A stretch of 63,195 nt of DNA, filler included, from Octopus bimaculoides (GCF_001194135.2; 3 parts of 3 records of this genome joined end to end with filler, not necessarily neighbours in it); one strand, 5' to 3'; counted from the whole stretch's first letter, positions 25,225-37,324 are shown. Translations and numbers: made by a program. Notes: a model not told the origin generated them from the letters alone.

Positions 25225-25660
25225 CTTGGGTGATAAATTATTGGTCTCAAATTTTGGCACAAAGCTAGCAATTTTGAGGGGATGGGGTAAGTCAATTACA
25301 TTGACCCTAATATTCAACCAGCACTTATCTTATCGACCCAGAAAGCATGAAAGGCAAAGTCGACTTCGGTGGAATTTGAACTCAGTGCTCAAAACGTAAA
25401 GATGGATGAAATGCCGTTAAGCATTTCACCTGGCACAGTAACGATTCTGCCAACTCGCCATCTTAGATGATAAAATTATTGGTTTCACATTTTGGTACAA
25501 AGCTAGCCATTTTGAGGGAGAAGGCAAGTCAATTACATCGACCCCTTACGTTACTTTATCGACCCAGAAAGGATGAAAGGCAAAATCAACTTTGAACTCA
25601 GAACATAAGAAATGCTGTTAAGCATTCCACCTGGTGTGCTAACAATTCTGCCACCTCATT
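25225..25660 (-). mobile_element. Two tandem tRNA-derived SINEs ('family C')
   Basis: Each carries gaaaggatgaaaggcaaagtcgac / gaatttgaactcag as in copies at 39498 and 48928. Confidence 0.7.
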
Positions 25661-25959
25661 GCCTTCTTAGATGTTAAAATATCAATAGGTATTTATGGTT
25701 TATTTTTCAGCACACCGCTTCTATGTAAACAGACAAAGCTACTATAAAAGAAAAACTTAGCAATCAACATGAGTTGTTGACTATTGCGAAACCACATGCT
25801 CTCTGACAACAACAAAAGGTGACAGAATATAAATTCAGCTGTTGAGTAACTAGATGATAAGAAAACTTTTGTTTAAAAAATTACGTGGTGGGATTAACCA
25901 AATATCGCCGCATTTAGCATCAGAAAAATGTAACACGTTATAGTGTACCCCGTTCCAAA

Positions 25960-26260
25960 GATAAGCAACCTCTCTGGCCTTACCAACTAAGTGCATGATT
26001 GCCTTCTACTGGAAAAAAACTTGTAAACAATCCCCTGCTTCATTAACTTCGGTATCTCTTCCTCTTCAATGACTTACTTAGAGCTTAATCTAACAGAGAT
26101 TCCATTGAAACTTTTAGCTAAAGCAATGTTATTGCTTTTGATATCAACAAAGCCTATTGGGAGTCAACCTACTGGGTTCAGCCGTCTCTTTCTCTTTTCT
26201 TATATTGTAAGATTCTTGTCAGATCATTGCATTCCCGTACTGTCAAAAAGGAGATCATCA
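25960..26260 (+). mobile_element. Degraded CR1/jockey-type RT fragment
   Basis: IAFDINKAY (cf. LDISKAFD) followed by FLSDH..V pattern. Confidence 0.45.
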
Positions 26261-26444
26261 CGAGTTACTTTGAAGAGAGAGTCTCAACTTGAATCGGTAG
26301 AAGTTTCTTGGTTACTCTCTTTCATTTTCTTTTGGTTGTCTTTTCTTAAGATATTTTTTTGACAGCTTCTAATAATTATTTTTGTATATATCCATTATTA
26401 CGACAGAAACAATATGAGCACTGATGTATTTTGAGGGGATATGA

Positions 26445-26563
<119 letters not shown>

Positions 26564-28230
26564 CGTGTGTGTAACGGTTGGGTTAATTAGTAAACAATAA
26601 TATGGGAAGACGATAGTTGATACACAGTAGGATGGAATGCAATCTGTTTGTAAGGATTGGTTCTTCATTGATTGCCATTATGTAAAGTTGAAAGAACAGT
26701 GATTGAAGTTGTGAAGAAAATATTTATTTTACCGCTTACCTCGACGGGCAGGTGATAAAATCTTAGAGAGTGCAAAGTAAAAAAGTTAATTTCGGCCTGT
26801 GTATTCATATTGTAGTAGTAAAACATAGAGAGAGATATGGTAATGTGCAGAGAAGAGAAATTGAGTTAGTGAAAGTGAGAGAGTGTGGGGCGAAACAACA
26901 GCTTCGTTGGTGAGTTACCATAGTTGTCATTTTTGTGCCCTTATCTTTAGAGACGGCGTTTTGTTCAGCCGATCAGCCAGACTCCGTTCTCACTGAATTG
27001 TCACCCAGTGACTAACTGTCTTTTGCTTGGGGGTTCTTGTTTTTATAACTATCCAGAAGGATAGACATATTGTGGAGAACAATGGACTTCGTTGGTGGTA
27101 CTGTGATATCTTAATTCTAGTTTTTGGTGAAGTAGAAGAGGTTAGAAGGGTCAAGTGGTGAAGACACTATTTCGGCCTAGCTAAGGCAAGATGGAAAATG
27201 TAAAACTGCTGTCACAGGAAAACTATTGTTTCACCGTAAGAAAAGTTCTGTTGAAGTTTTAATTTAAATTTGGGTATGGCGGATCGAATCCACTTCATGC
27301 CTACAAGATCCATTATATATATATANNNNNNNNNNNNNNNNNNNNNNNNNNNNNNNNNNNNNNNNNNNNNNNNNNNNNNNNNNNNNNNNNNNNNNNNNNN
27401 NNNNNNNNNNNNNNNNNNNNNNNNNNNNNNNNNNNNNATATATCAGTGGCGTACGGTGGTTGTTGTCTTTGGATATGCTGCAACACTGAACATACTATGA
27501 CTAACATTATTACTCAAATTAGGCATACAAACTGTGTATTTTTAATTAAAATATAATCACTGAAAGTTAAATTAAAAGTGTGTATTTCTGCCACTGCAAA
27601 AACATTTAAGATCAACACTAGTTAAATTTTAAATAAAATGCCTAAGTACACATCTAAGAAAATCACCAAATTCACTGAGCAAAATATCAACGCACAATCT
27701 TTTAGAATTGGACCTGGCTTAAGTTTTGTTTCTGACTTCTAAAAGTGGGTTATTTGGTTTGAAAACAAATTCAGATCAAAGTTATATGATGATATTGTAA
27801 GAAAAAAATTATTATAAAAAAATTTGTTTTAGTTTAGGAATTTTAAATGAATTTAAACATGCAACTTCTTGCTATGAACATACGACTGTGCTGTCAAAGC
27901 TGTCGCACGCCCTTCACCATTAATTTTTTGTCGTTCTCCCATTATCCTATGATACACCTGGTACCATATTATGACACAATGCACTGTGAGTTGTGTAGTG
28001 TTATTTCAGGATACCTGCCACCAAATTTCAAGCAAGAGTATAACAAAAGTTTTGTGCAATTTTTCGCCAGAAAACGTCGTTGATGATTTTTTTTCCTTTT
28101 TAAATTATTTACATGTCTGTTCAACTGTTTCACATGACTTTATTCCTTAAAACTTCAGAAGTTCTTACAACTTTGGTCGTCGTAGTTCTAAATCTTTCTG
28201 AAGGAAACTACGGCAGCAGTACTGGATATT

Positions 28231-28689
28231 AATAGTTATTGCCAAGCTAACATAACAGTCCAGGAAAATAGGACGAATGCTGCCGTTGATTAGCTCCAAG
28301 AGGCCATCGCCTCTAGCTAGCTATGTGACACACAAACCTGTGTCTATTACAACCTTCGAACAGGGGAGATCAGCAGCTTCCCCCTGCTGGTTCAACATCC
28401 ACAGACTAGTTTCGGGGTGAATATATATAAGTAAACCTTCGAACAGACAGTCAGCAGCTATGCCTGCTGGGTTCACCTACTCCACATTGAGAAGGGGCAA
28501 ATATTCCAAAACTAGTCTGTGGATGTTGAACCAGCAAGGAGAAGCTGCTGACCTCCCCTGTTCGAAGGGTGTAATGGACACAGGTTTGTGTGTCACATAG
28601 TTAGCTAGAGGGGCTGGCCTCTTGGGGCTAATCAGCGGTAACATTCGTCCTATTTTCCTGGACTGCCATGTTAGCTTGGCGATAATTGT

Positions 28690-28690
<1 letters not shown>
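28231..28690. mobile_element. Fold-back / MITE with ~175-bp inverted arms
   Basis: 28231-~28405 is the imperfect reverse complement of ~28505-28690. Confidence 0.85.
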
Positions 28691-28722
<32 letters not shown>

Positions 28723-30592
28723 CGCGTATATGGCTACAGGACGTCACCAATGGTGCAAATAACATGAAATATGTAAACAAACGAGTTAAATACGTAAACA
28801 ACGAGAAAAAAATGCAAAACAGAACAAATAAACACAGAGAAAGGACCCTTCATCAGTTGTCGGCTGTCTATCCCCTCCTCATTTCGAGCATTCAACGACA
28901 ATATGAGTCTTCAAAAACAGTTGCTCCCATAAATTCTAAAATAAAATTTAAGATTTATGGTGGGTTAAAGTTAGGGCAAGCGAGTAATTATACAGGCTTG
29001 CCACATGCTGAAAGAAGACGCCAAATGTCTCTAAACTACCTTAAAATATCACAATAAACACGCACCGAACTCGGGCAAATAAACGAAAAAGATTCATAAA
29101 AGGTTCAATTACATATCAATTGATTTCAGGATTAAGAGGAAACACCTTTTACCATCTTCAGTGTAATACAACCAAATGCACATAAATATGAACAATTATA
29201 CATACCCCATAAACACAACGGCTTCACAGCACAAATACAATTGTTCGTACTTATATACAAATTAAAATTCAAGAAACCAAGTTCGTTTATTTTCAGCCAC
29301 GTGTTAATAACCAAATAATTCAGCAGTGAATAATTTTGGTTTAGGTGAAATTATATATATCTTTGATATATTATAAAATTTAGGATAAAATCTATATAAG
29401 ATTTTATCAGTTAGTTAGCGTGTGATAAACCGGTTAAGGTAAAATTAATAGATTAATAAATTTATATTCGGGGCAAGCTGAATTATCCGGTAATACCTGG
29501 AAAAGCAGGGATTATTTTAAGTTCCCATTCCCATTACATTGTTTTATGTCCTATCCCGTTCCCTGTTCAGTCTCCGTTTTAGTTCTGCTCCCATTCCTAT
29601 GTCAATATATAAATTTTAGAATCAGTTAGGTGTAATTAAGCCATTAAATATTTTATTAATATTTCTGGTAATAGTTTATTGCTAAACTAAAATACAAACT
29701 ATTAATACGATTAGTTGGTGAATAAGGAATGTCCCTATATTATATTAACAAAAGAATATGCATCTGAGTAAAATAAATTAGATAAATAAATAGGTTTACA
29801 AATACATTGACAAATACTCCGCATATTGTAGCTGACATTGTCACGTGTCATAGCTTATCGTGGCTGATTTGTAAGCATGTGCTGTAGCACATGGGGACCC
29901 ATTATAGATTTTTATTGAAATCCAATTCATCTATAATTCAACTGGATGTTAGGAATGAATAAATAACAAAATCAGATTTAAAGTAGAAAATTATTTCAAT
30001 ATACCAAATTTGAAAATTTTGACGTAATTTTAAAATCTCACAATATATGATAGCAACAGGGAAGACCCTACAAAGTAGGGAGACAGACAGTTATAGGATG
30101 TGACATAGATACGCGCGCGCGCGCACACACATACACACACAGAGTCAGACTTACAAACGTACAGACAGGCTATCACGAGTTTAAAATGGTGCATAGTAGA
30201 CATATTTATGTCTGTATATGTATGTATGTGTGAGTGTTTCTTTTCGATGAACAGCAGAAAAGCCACCTACCCCTCTTTCTTTAAAGCTACGTATTCCTCA
30301 CACTCACCTTTCTGTGTGTGTGTGTGTGTTGCATTTATGTATTTATGAAAGTATGTATGCAGCGTCGCGTGTATATGACAGATTTATTAATGTTATCATC
30401 CCATTGCTACTGCCGTTCTCGCCTTCACTGATATAAGCTACTCTCTCCCTGTTACTATCTCAGACTTATGATTTTGAAACCTTCTCATTTTATCGTATAA
30501 TTCGCCCAATGCCCCTAGGTGTGGGGGGGGGCACATTATAGATTTTTATTGAAATCCAATAAGATAGATAGATAGACAGACAGGCAGACATG

Positions 30593-30628
<36 letters not shown>

Positions 30629-31174
30629 CAGATAGATAAGTAGGAAGTCTGGTAGGTAAATACGTATGTATGTATATATGTATTATGTATGTATGTATGT
30701 ATGTAGGAGGGTAGGTAGGTAGGTAGGTAGGCAAACTTGGCTACCAAACTGTTAATCCGTTAATCGGTAATTAACGAAATTAACATTTTCGTTTGCTTTA
30801 AAACTTTTAAGTTAACGCTGAAAATCATTATTGGACTAATTAACTTCCGTTGCATTTAACTTCCGTTAATCAGTTAGTTCTTTAAAAATGTAACGGAAGT
30901 TTTTGATAAACCGAAAACGTCAATTTCTATTATAGAAAAAAAATCTGTTTTTGCTTTAAAACCACCTTTAAAAAGTGCAAAAACTATAAAACCAACCTTT
31001 TTTGGCCTTTTTAAGGGCTTTAGAACGCAAAACAATATTTTTTTTTTGTTTTGCTTTAAAGTTTTAAAAATACTGATTTTATAGTTTTAACTTTTAAAAG
31101 ACCTGAAAAAAGGCTGATTTCATTGTTTTTTTTAGGTTATGAAAGGCTTTCAGCACTAGAAAAGGGTAAAAAGA

Positions 31175-31408
31175 GTGTAGTGTTCAAGAGGCCCTACAGG
31201 GTTGCCATGGCCAAGGGACGTGCCCTCTAGAACCAGCAAGATCACTGCACTGTGGCAGCATTTACGCTGAGGTGGGACCTCAACACCATCCTGGAGACTA
31301 AGAGACCTGTTCTCCACAGAGCCATGACCCAGTTGAAGGTCAACAGCTTCAACGACCAGAATGTCGATTTAATGAAGGTGTATGCCAAGGTAATAAATGA
31401 ACACTAAA
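31175..31408 (+). mobile_element. Possible hAT transposase fragment
   Basis: LRWDLNTILETKRPVLHRAMTQLKVNSFNDQNVDLMKVYAKV resembles the post-TRWNS helical region; adjacent to an AT-rich ttaac-repeat element. Confidence 0.35.
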
Positions 31409-31827
31409 GTAATATTATATTATCTTATTATAATATATATATTATATATCTATCTTAATATATAAATCTGAAATTGTGTGTTTGTGTGAAGCCTTTTTGA
31501 ATGTTTATAGAAATCCACATTTTCCACTTTTTCGTAAAAATTTTTACATCAATGGAATTTTCTTGATCTGAGCTTTCCAGTGCAGTAATTAGATTTTTTA
31601 AATACCATTTACATTGTGTGATTTAAGGGAGATTTGGCTGTTGTTTCTAGCAACTTTTATATTTCATCCCTGCTACCTGGAACGCCATTCTTACACACGC
31701 GCTCAACATAAAAATATAGAGAGTAAAAGTAAAAAAGGGAGAGGGAGAGAGAGAGAAAGTGATACATACAACGTCATAGATTAAACTTTCATCTCAGTAT
31801 TCTTTACCTATTTTTCATAACATAGAT

Positions 31828-31927
31828 NNNNNNNNNNNNNNNNNNNNNNNNNNNNNNNNNNNNNNNNNNNNTTAATTAATTAANNNNNNNNNNNNNNNNN
31901 NNNNNNNNNNNNNNNNNNNNNNNNNNN
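31828..31927. other. Synthetic scaffold spacer N44-TTAATTAATTAA-N44
   Basis: Exactly 100 bp, six-frame-stop linker, same structure as 57010-57109. Confidence 0.95.
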
Positions 31928-32190
31928 ATATATATATGTATGTATGTATTTATGTATTTGTGTGTTTGTGTTTGTCACCCCACCATCACTTGACATCGAT
32001 GTTGGTGTGTTTACATCCCTGTAACTTAGCGCTTCGGCAAAAGAGACCGATAGAATAAGTCCTGGGGTTAATTTGTTTGACTAAAGGCAGTGCTCCAGCA
32101 TGGCTGCAATCAAATGACTGAAACAATTAAAAGAATAAAAGAATAAAAGAATATATATAGAGAGAGAGATAGTATTAAGCAGAAACTTAC

Positions 32191-32210
32191 TTGAGGTTAA
32201 TCTTGATCTC
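32191..32210 (-). CDS. Chitinase candidate 20-nt microexon ((L)RSRLTS)
   Basis: Long pyrimidine tract + CAG acceptor, GTAAGT donor; phase 2 in matches the previous exon, phase 1 out. Confidence 0.6.
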
Positions 32211-32744
32211 CTGAAATGAAAAACAAAAAGAACAAAATTAATTATTGAAACAAAAATATTCTTAATTATTACCCAATGATTCGAGATATCTAAATATGTG
32301 AATTTAATAAAAAAATTATTTTCATCATCATTATCACCATTTTACATCTGTTTTCCTTGACCACATGGACTGGATAGTTAAACAGGAGCTGGTGAGCCTG
32401 AGGGCTGTGCCAAGTTCCGCTGTCTGCTTTGGCAACGTTTCTACAGCTGGATGCTCTCCCAATACCAACCACTTTACAGAGTGTACTGGTTGCTTTGTAT
32501 GTGGCACCAGCACTAATGAGGTCACCAAATAATTTGCAAAGCAAAACCCCTCAACTGAGTTGGAAGTATAGTATTGAAGGAGGTGGTTTTGTGCCGGATG
32601 ATAAGAGGTTAAAGTATGATAGATGGATTGAAACAGAGATGTTGCTGAAGGGGAGATACATGGCTACCCTTTTAACTCTAACTGTTATAGCAATTTGGGC
32701 CTTGAGTTGTTGACAAATAGAATATAACCCACGAAAGGCATTGA

Positions 32745-33120
32745 GCTTGCAGAATCGTTAGCGAGTTCAAATTCCACCGAGGTCGACTTTGCCTTTCATC
32801 CTTTCAGGGTTGATAAATTAAGTACCAGTTACGCACTGGGGTCGATATAATCGACTTAATCCTTTTGTCTGTCTTTGTTTGTCTCCTCTATGTTTAGCCC
32901 CTTGTAGGCAATAAAGAAATAAGAAACGTTAGCACGCCGGGCAAAATGCTTAGCAGTATTTCATCTGTCTTTACGTTCTAAGTTCAAATTCCACCGAGGT
33001 CGACTTTGCCTTTCATCCTTTCGAGGTTGATAAATTAAGTACCAGTTACGCACTGGGGTCGATCTAATCGACTGGCCAACACCCCCAAAATTTCAGGCCA
33101 TCTGTCTAAAATAGAAAAGA
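32745..33120 (+). mobile_element. Two tandem family C SINEs
   Basis: Repeated gttcaaattccaccgaggtcgactttgcctttcatcc core. Confidence 0.8.
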
Positions 33121-33329
33121 ATATGACCCACGAGGTTACAGCAAAGGAGAAAAGAACTTGTGTTTTGTTTTTACTTGGATAAGAGTTATGTTATAATAAT
33201 CAGCAAAAACAAAACTCCATTTTAGACAAAAACACTTGAGCAAAAACACATCCATGGAAGAGAGACTGACTTCCTTGGATGCAACAAGTTGAAGGCCATG
33301 TTTATGCCTCTTGGTCATTAAATCCCTTA

Positions 33330-33790
33330 CATCTATGCCATTTGGAAAGGGAGAAGGATGGTAGAGATGAGATGTTAGGGTATACTCTCAAGGTACTAAA
33401 AGGTGGATGAAAAGGGAATTAGGACAGACAAGTGAGGACAGTTAAGTGGGTAGGTTCACAAGAGTGTGAAAGGAAAGTGACTGATGGGAATAGAGGTGGA
33501 AACATTGACCGATGAACATGGATGGAAGTGTGGTCAATGGTGAATCCGAATTTGGTGGGGAAAATAAAGGAAAGCGGGAGTAGATCAAGGAGGAGGAGGT
33601 GATATATATAAAAGATGGGGGTGGGCAGTGGAGATATGTATAATCATGGGATGGTGATGGTTGCAGGTGAGCTGCTAGATGCAGGAGGAAAGAGGGAGAG
33701 AAAGTCAGCAGAAGTTCGCTCTTACCTTCTTCAGGAGCTGCATAGAGCTTAGGTGTTTCGCTCATAAACACACAAATCGCCCGCTCTAAC
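33330..33790 (-). mobile_element. Degraded CR1/L2-like LINE 3' remnant
   Basis: Pyrimidine-rich minus strand similar in character to 12440 and 61903 remnants. Confidence 0.3.
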
Positions 33791-33897
33791 CACTAGGCCA
33801 TGTGCCTCCACAATGAAAATGAATGTGCCAAAACTAATTCATGTGACAATAAAACAACAACACCAACATTAAGAACAAGAATTAATTAATAACTTAC

Positions 33898-34025
33898 AAT
33901 GTTATTGCTCTTACAATACTCTTCATTAAAGGGTATTTTCCTTTACCACACATATTTTTGAAGTCATCTAATGGTAAGGCCCAAACAGAAACACCGCCAA
34001 AATGGTTTTCTTTCATCCATTTTAC
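33898..34025 (-). CDS. Chitinase exon: VKWMKENHFGGVSVWALPLDDFKNMCGKGKYPLMKSIVRAIT
   Basis: GH18 beta-8 (W..DDF) and C-terminal helix; TAG acceptor; ends TT|GTAAGT (read-through gives TTG TAA stop at 33894-33896). Confidence 0.95.
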
Positions 34026-34619
34026 CTAAATTAGGAAGATAAAGAAGATAAATGGCTTAACATGAATAAGTTTAACTTCTCTATCAGTCTCTTTTGCCAA
34101 ACCACTAGGCCACGGGGACGCAAACACACCACCATTGGTTGTCAAGCGATGTTGGGGGCACAAACACAGACACACAAACATATACACACACACAAACATA
34201 TACACACACACATCCATATGTATCATTTCTAATTTTGTAATCAGTGAATGTGTTTCACTAGAATTATTATGTTTACAAGAGCTTGAGAGGCATCTCCAAC
34301 TAGCAGGTATTGCTACTCCAGACTGATGACGAGCAAAGACTCAGAAACATGTCCCTGGATGCAGGCTTGACTGGATGGAGGTGCTTGTCTCCCCCTCGTA
34401 AACATAAGGACACAGGAAATGTATCAAGGCCAACAGGAAGCGGTGCAGCTTCCTAGGGCTAAATAGCAGTAGTATGATTCCCTTCTTGGGACTGTCACGT
34501 TAAGTTGACAGCATACAACTACTTTGTCGCATCACTACTGCTTAAGTCTCTCTGAGAGATTTAGAAATGTATCATTTCTAATGTATCTAAAGAAATAAAT
34601 GAATAAAAAAACACCCAAC

Positions 34620-34739
34620 CTTCAACGTCAGACTCCTCTCATTATCATAGCCAATCCATTCATCGTTGACTACCATATATGGAACTTCGCTACCAGCAAT
34701 CCATCTTTCCACTGCTCCAGCCTTTTGCTCAAGACAAAC
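34620..34739 (-). CDS. Chitinase exon: VCLEQKAGAVERWIAGSEVPYMVVNDEWIGYDNERSLTLK
   Basis: Chitinase insertion domain (PY...WIGYD); 120 nt, phase 0/0. Confidence 0.95.
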
Positions 34740-34806
34740 CTGTAAAGATTATTAAAAAGAAAATCAATGTAACAAAATTTATCTCAGATGTCCCACAGGA
34801 AATGAT

Positions 34807-35121
34807 TTTTTTTGTCGCCCCCTTCAAAGCCTAGCCAGGCTCATGGGCCCGGTTTCCCAGTTTCTATGGCATATGTGTTCCACCGCCCCAGCTGGACGGG
34901 ACGCCAGTCCATCGCAACATTACTCAAGAAACAGGAAGAAAGAGTGAGAGAAAGTTGGGGCAAAAAAGTACAACAGGGGTCGCCACCATCCCCTGCTGGA
35001 CCCTTGTGGAGCTTTAGGTGTTTATGCTCAATAAACACTCACAATGCCCGATCTGGGAATCGAAACCACGATACTCCAACCGCGAGTCTACTGCCCTAAC
35101 CACTGGGCCATTGCGCCTCCT
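34807..35121 (-). mobile_element. Family D tRNA-derived SINE with 12-bp target-site duplication
   Basis: acaggaaatgat at 34795-34806 and 35122-35133 flank the element; tRNA-like head at the right end. Confidence 0.85.
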
Positions 35122-35184
35122 ACAGGAAATGATAATAACAACATTTTCACAATGAGTTCATTGAGGGGAAAAAACTATTATATA

Positions 35185-35390
35185 CAATAATCCCTTGATT
35201 ATCCCGGTGTTATGTTCCAAAACATCCCGCAGAAATAATTAAAATCTAAAAAAATATAAATACCTATTGGCTGTAGAAAGCCACAATATACTGAGGTGTC
35301 TGGGATATAAATTTACATACATCAACCAGAAAAATCCGGGATGTGATGAGTGCGCGAAAGGTGAACCGTGATGTACTGAGTACACAATAG
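35185..35390. mobile_element. Possible pogo/Tigger-like MITE
   Basis: TA-preceded caataatcccttgattatcccgg start; degenerate aaccgtgatgtactgagtac end. Confidence 0.4.
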
Positions 35391-35524
35391 GTGAGCTGAG
35401 ATGTGCTGAGTGGTGACAATGATGATGATGATGATGATGTTGATGGCAATGATCATGATGATCATGATGATGATCATGATGATGATGATAGCAACAACTA
35501 CAACAAAAATGATGATGGTCATGA

Positions 35525-35563
<39 letters not shown>

Positions 35564-35642
35564 TGGGNNNNNNNNNNNNNNNNNNNNNNNNNNGGGGGGG
35601 TTGATGATGATAATGTTGATGTTGATGAAGATGAGTGATTAC

Positions 35643-35828
35643 CTCATAGTAAGATATAAAACCGTTTTCAGTGCTAAACCTTCTCGCAGTACTCGGACCA
35701 TCTGCCATTGCACCAGCTCTTGAATCCAGTGGATTCTTTAATCGGTAACCTCTTCCATACAGTGCAAGTCCAATATTAAGTTTGTGACTTGGACAGCCAA
35801 GCTTCACCCAATATTTAGATGCCCAAGC
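35643..35828 (-). CDS. Chitinase exon: AWASKYWVKLGCPSHKLNIGLALYGRGYRL...ENGFISYYE
   Basis: W..LG.P..KL.IG...YGR and YYE motifs; 186 nt, phase 0/0. Confidence 0.95.
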
Positions 35829-35867
35829 CTGATAACAAAACAAAAACAAAAAAGTAAGAATAATGTA

Positions 35868-36112
35868 CATTATTTACATTTGATGGATATTTGTCCTCAT
35901 CTTGTTTGTTGTTAACACAACGTTTCGGCTGATATACCCTCCAGCCTTCATCAGGTGTCTTGGGGAAGTTTCCAACCTGGGTTCTCATTCTTAAGGTATT
36001 TTTCGATGTTATTATTATTGTTCAGGTCACTATCCGGAATCAAACATGGAATCTTGGGGTTAGTAACCCGCACTCTTAACCCTAAGATTCCAAGTTCGAT
36101 TCCAAATAGTGA

Positions 36113-36157
<45 letters not shown>

Positions 36158-36190
36158 CAACATCAAAAAATGCCTTAGAAATGAGAACTC
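35868..36190 (-). mobile_element. tRNA-headed, hammerhead-containing retroelement with inverted 5' duplication
   Basis: Minus strand: ggttaag-gcggg-TTACTAA-cccc tRNA-like arm, B-box, (AAT)n, hammerhead; 36077-36190 is an inverted partial copy. Confidence 0.75.
35914..35959 (-). ncRNA. Minimal type I hammerhead ribozyme motif, core intact
   Basis: gacac-CTGATGA-a-ggctg(gagggtatat)cagcc-GAAAC-GTT-gtgtt; stem I gacac/gtgtt, stem II 5 bp, palindromic AACGTT. Confidence 0.8.
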
Positions 36191-36547
36191 ATTCAGTATA
36201 ACCGAACCCCAAACTATGTGAATATAAAACAAATTACTTAATCACAGAGTTGACTTGCAGTTGATGTGCCCCCTCCTCTAATATTGCTGGCCTTGTGCCC
36301 AAATTTGAAGCTGAATGCAGGAAGTGGATGGAATCATTAGTAATTCAGACAAAATGCTGCAGAGCATTTCTGCCAGCTCTTTGTGTTCTAGATTCAAATT
36401 CCAAGGAGATTGTCTTTCCCTTTCATATTTTGGGGGTCGATAAAATAAGTATTAGTTAAACACTAGGATGAATGTAAAAGATTTAACCAGTTCCTTAAAA
36501 TTGCAGGCCTTGCGCCAAAATTTGAAACTTTAATTATTCAAATATTA

Positions 36548-36880
36548 GGCACAGGAGTGGCTGTGTGGTAAGACGCTTGCTTCCCAAACCACATGGTTCC
36601 GGGTTCAGTCCCATTGGATGCCACCTTGGGTAAGTGTCTTCTACTTTAGCCATGGGCCAACCAAAAACCTTGTGAGTGGATTTGGTAGATGAAAACTGAA
36701 AGAAGCCCATCATATATGTATGTATTTGTGTATCTGTGTTTGTCTCCCCACCATCGCTTGACAACCGATGCTGGCGTATAAGTACTAGGCTTACAAAAAA
36801 ATAAGTCCTGTGGTCGATTTGTTTGACTAACGGTGGTGCTCCAGCATGGCCATAGTCAAATGAATAAAAAAATAAAAGAA
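36548..36880 (+). mobile_element. Family B SINE
   Basis: ggcacaggagtggctgtgtggtaag head through aataaaag tail. Confidence 0.85.
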
Positions 36881-37011
36881 TCTCTACTAAAGACTATCAT
36901 AAAACTGTTATTGCAGGAGATCGTTTGAAAGTAAAATGGCTGCAGCTGAATCATAATTCACCTTTTTCTTTTTTATGAAGATGGTTGTCGCTGAGAATTA
37001 AGATGTCTTAC

Positions 37012-37135
37012 CATGTTTGATTTCCGTTCATCACCTTCTTCATCTGGGCGTGCATATAAAGGTGAGTGGTGGCTAGTTTTGTTTTGCCAGGCTCCATGGA
37101 AGTCATATGTCATGATGTTGATGAAATCCACAATT
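37012..37135 (-). CDS. Chitinase exon: IVDFINIMTYDFHGAWQNKTSHHSPLYARPDEEGDERKSNM
   Basis: MTYDFHG.W and HHSPLY motifs; 124 nt, phase 2/0. Confidence 0.97.
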
Positions 37136-37260
37136 CTGGAAAGATTTTTTGTTGGAAAAACTCATACTGGATTAATATGAAAACATGTTGACCATAGCAA
37201 CAGATTTTGGTGCTAATAACATGGTACTACACTCTTAATATATATATATACATGTACATG

Positions 37261-37324
<64 letters not shown>

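Noticed and set aside
28830-28930. CTGATGA and GAAA motifs on the minus strand (similar at 45110-45165)
   Set aside because: Could not build consistent stems I-III by eye
35264-35330. VCKFISQ peptide as the exon after YYE
   Set aside because: No AG acceptor, lies within a MITE-like element, and the true exon is 34620-34739
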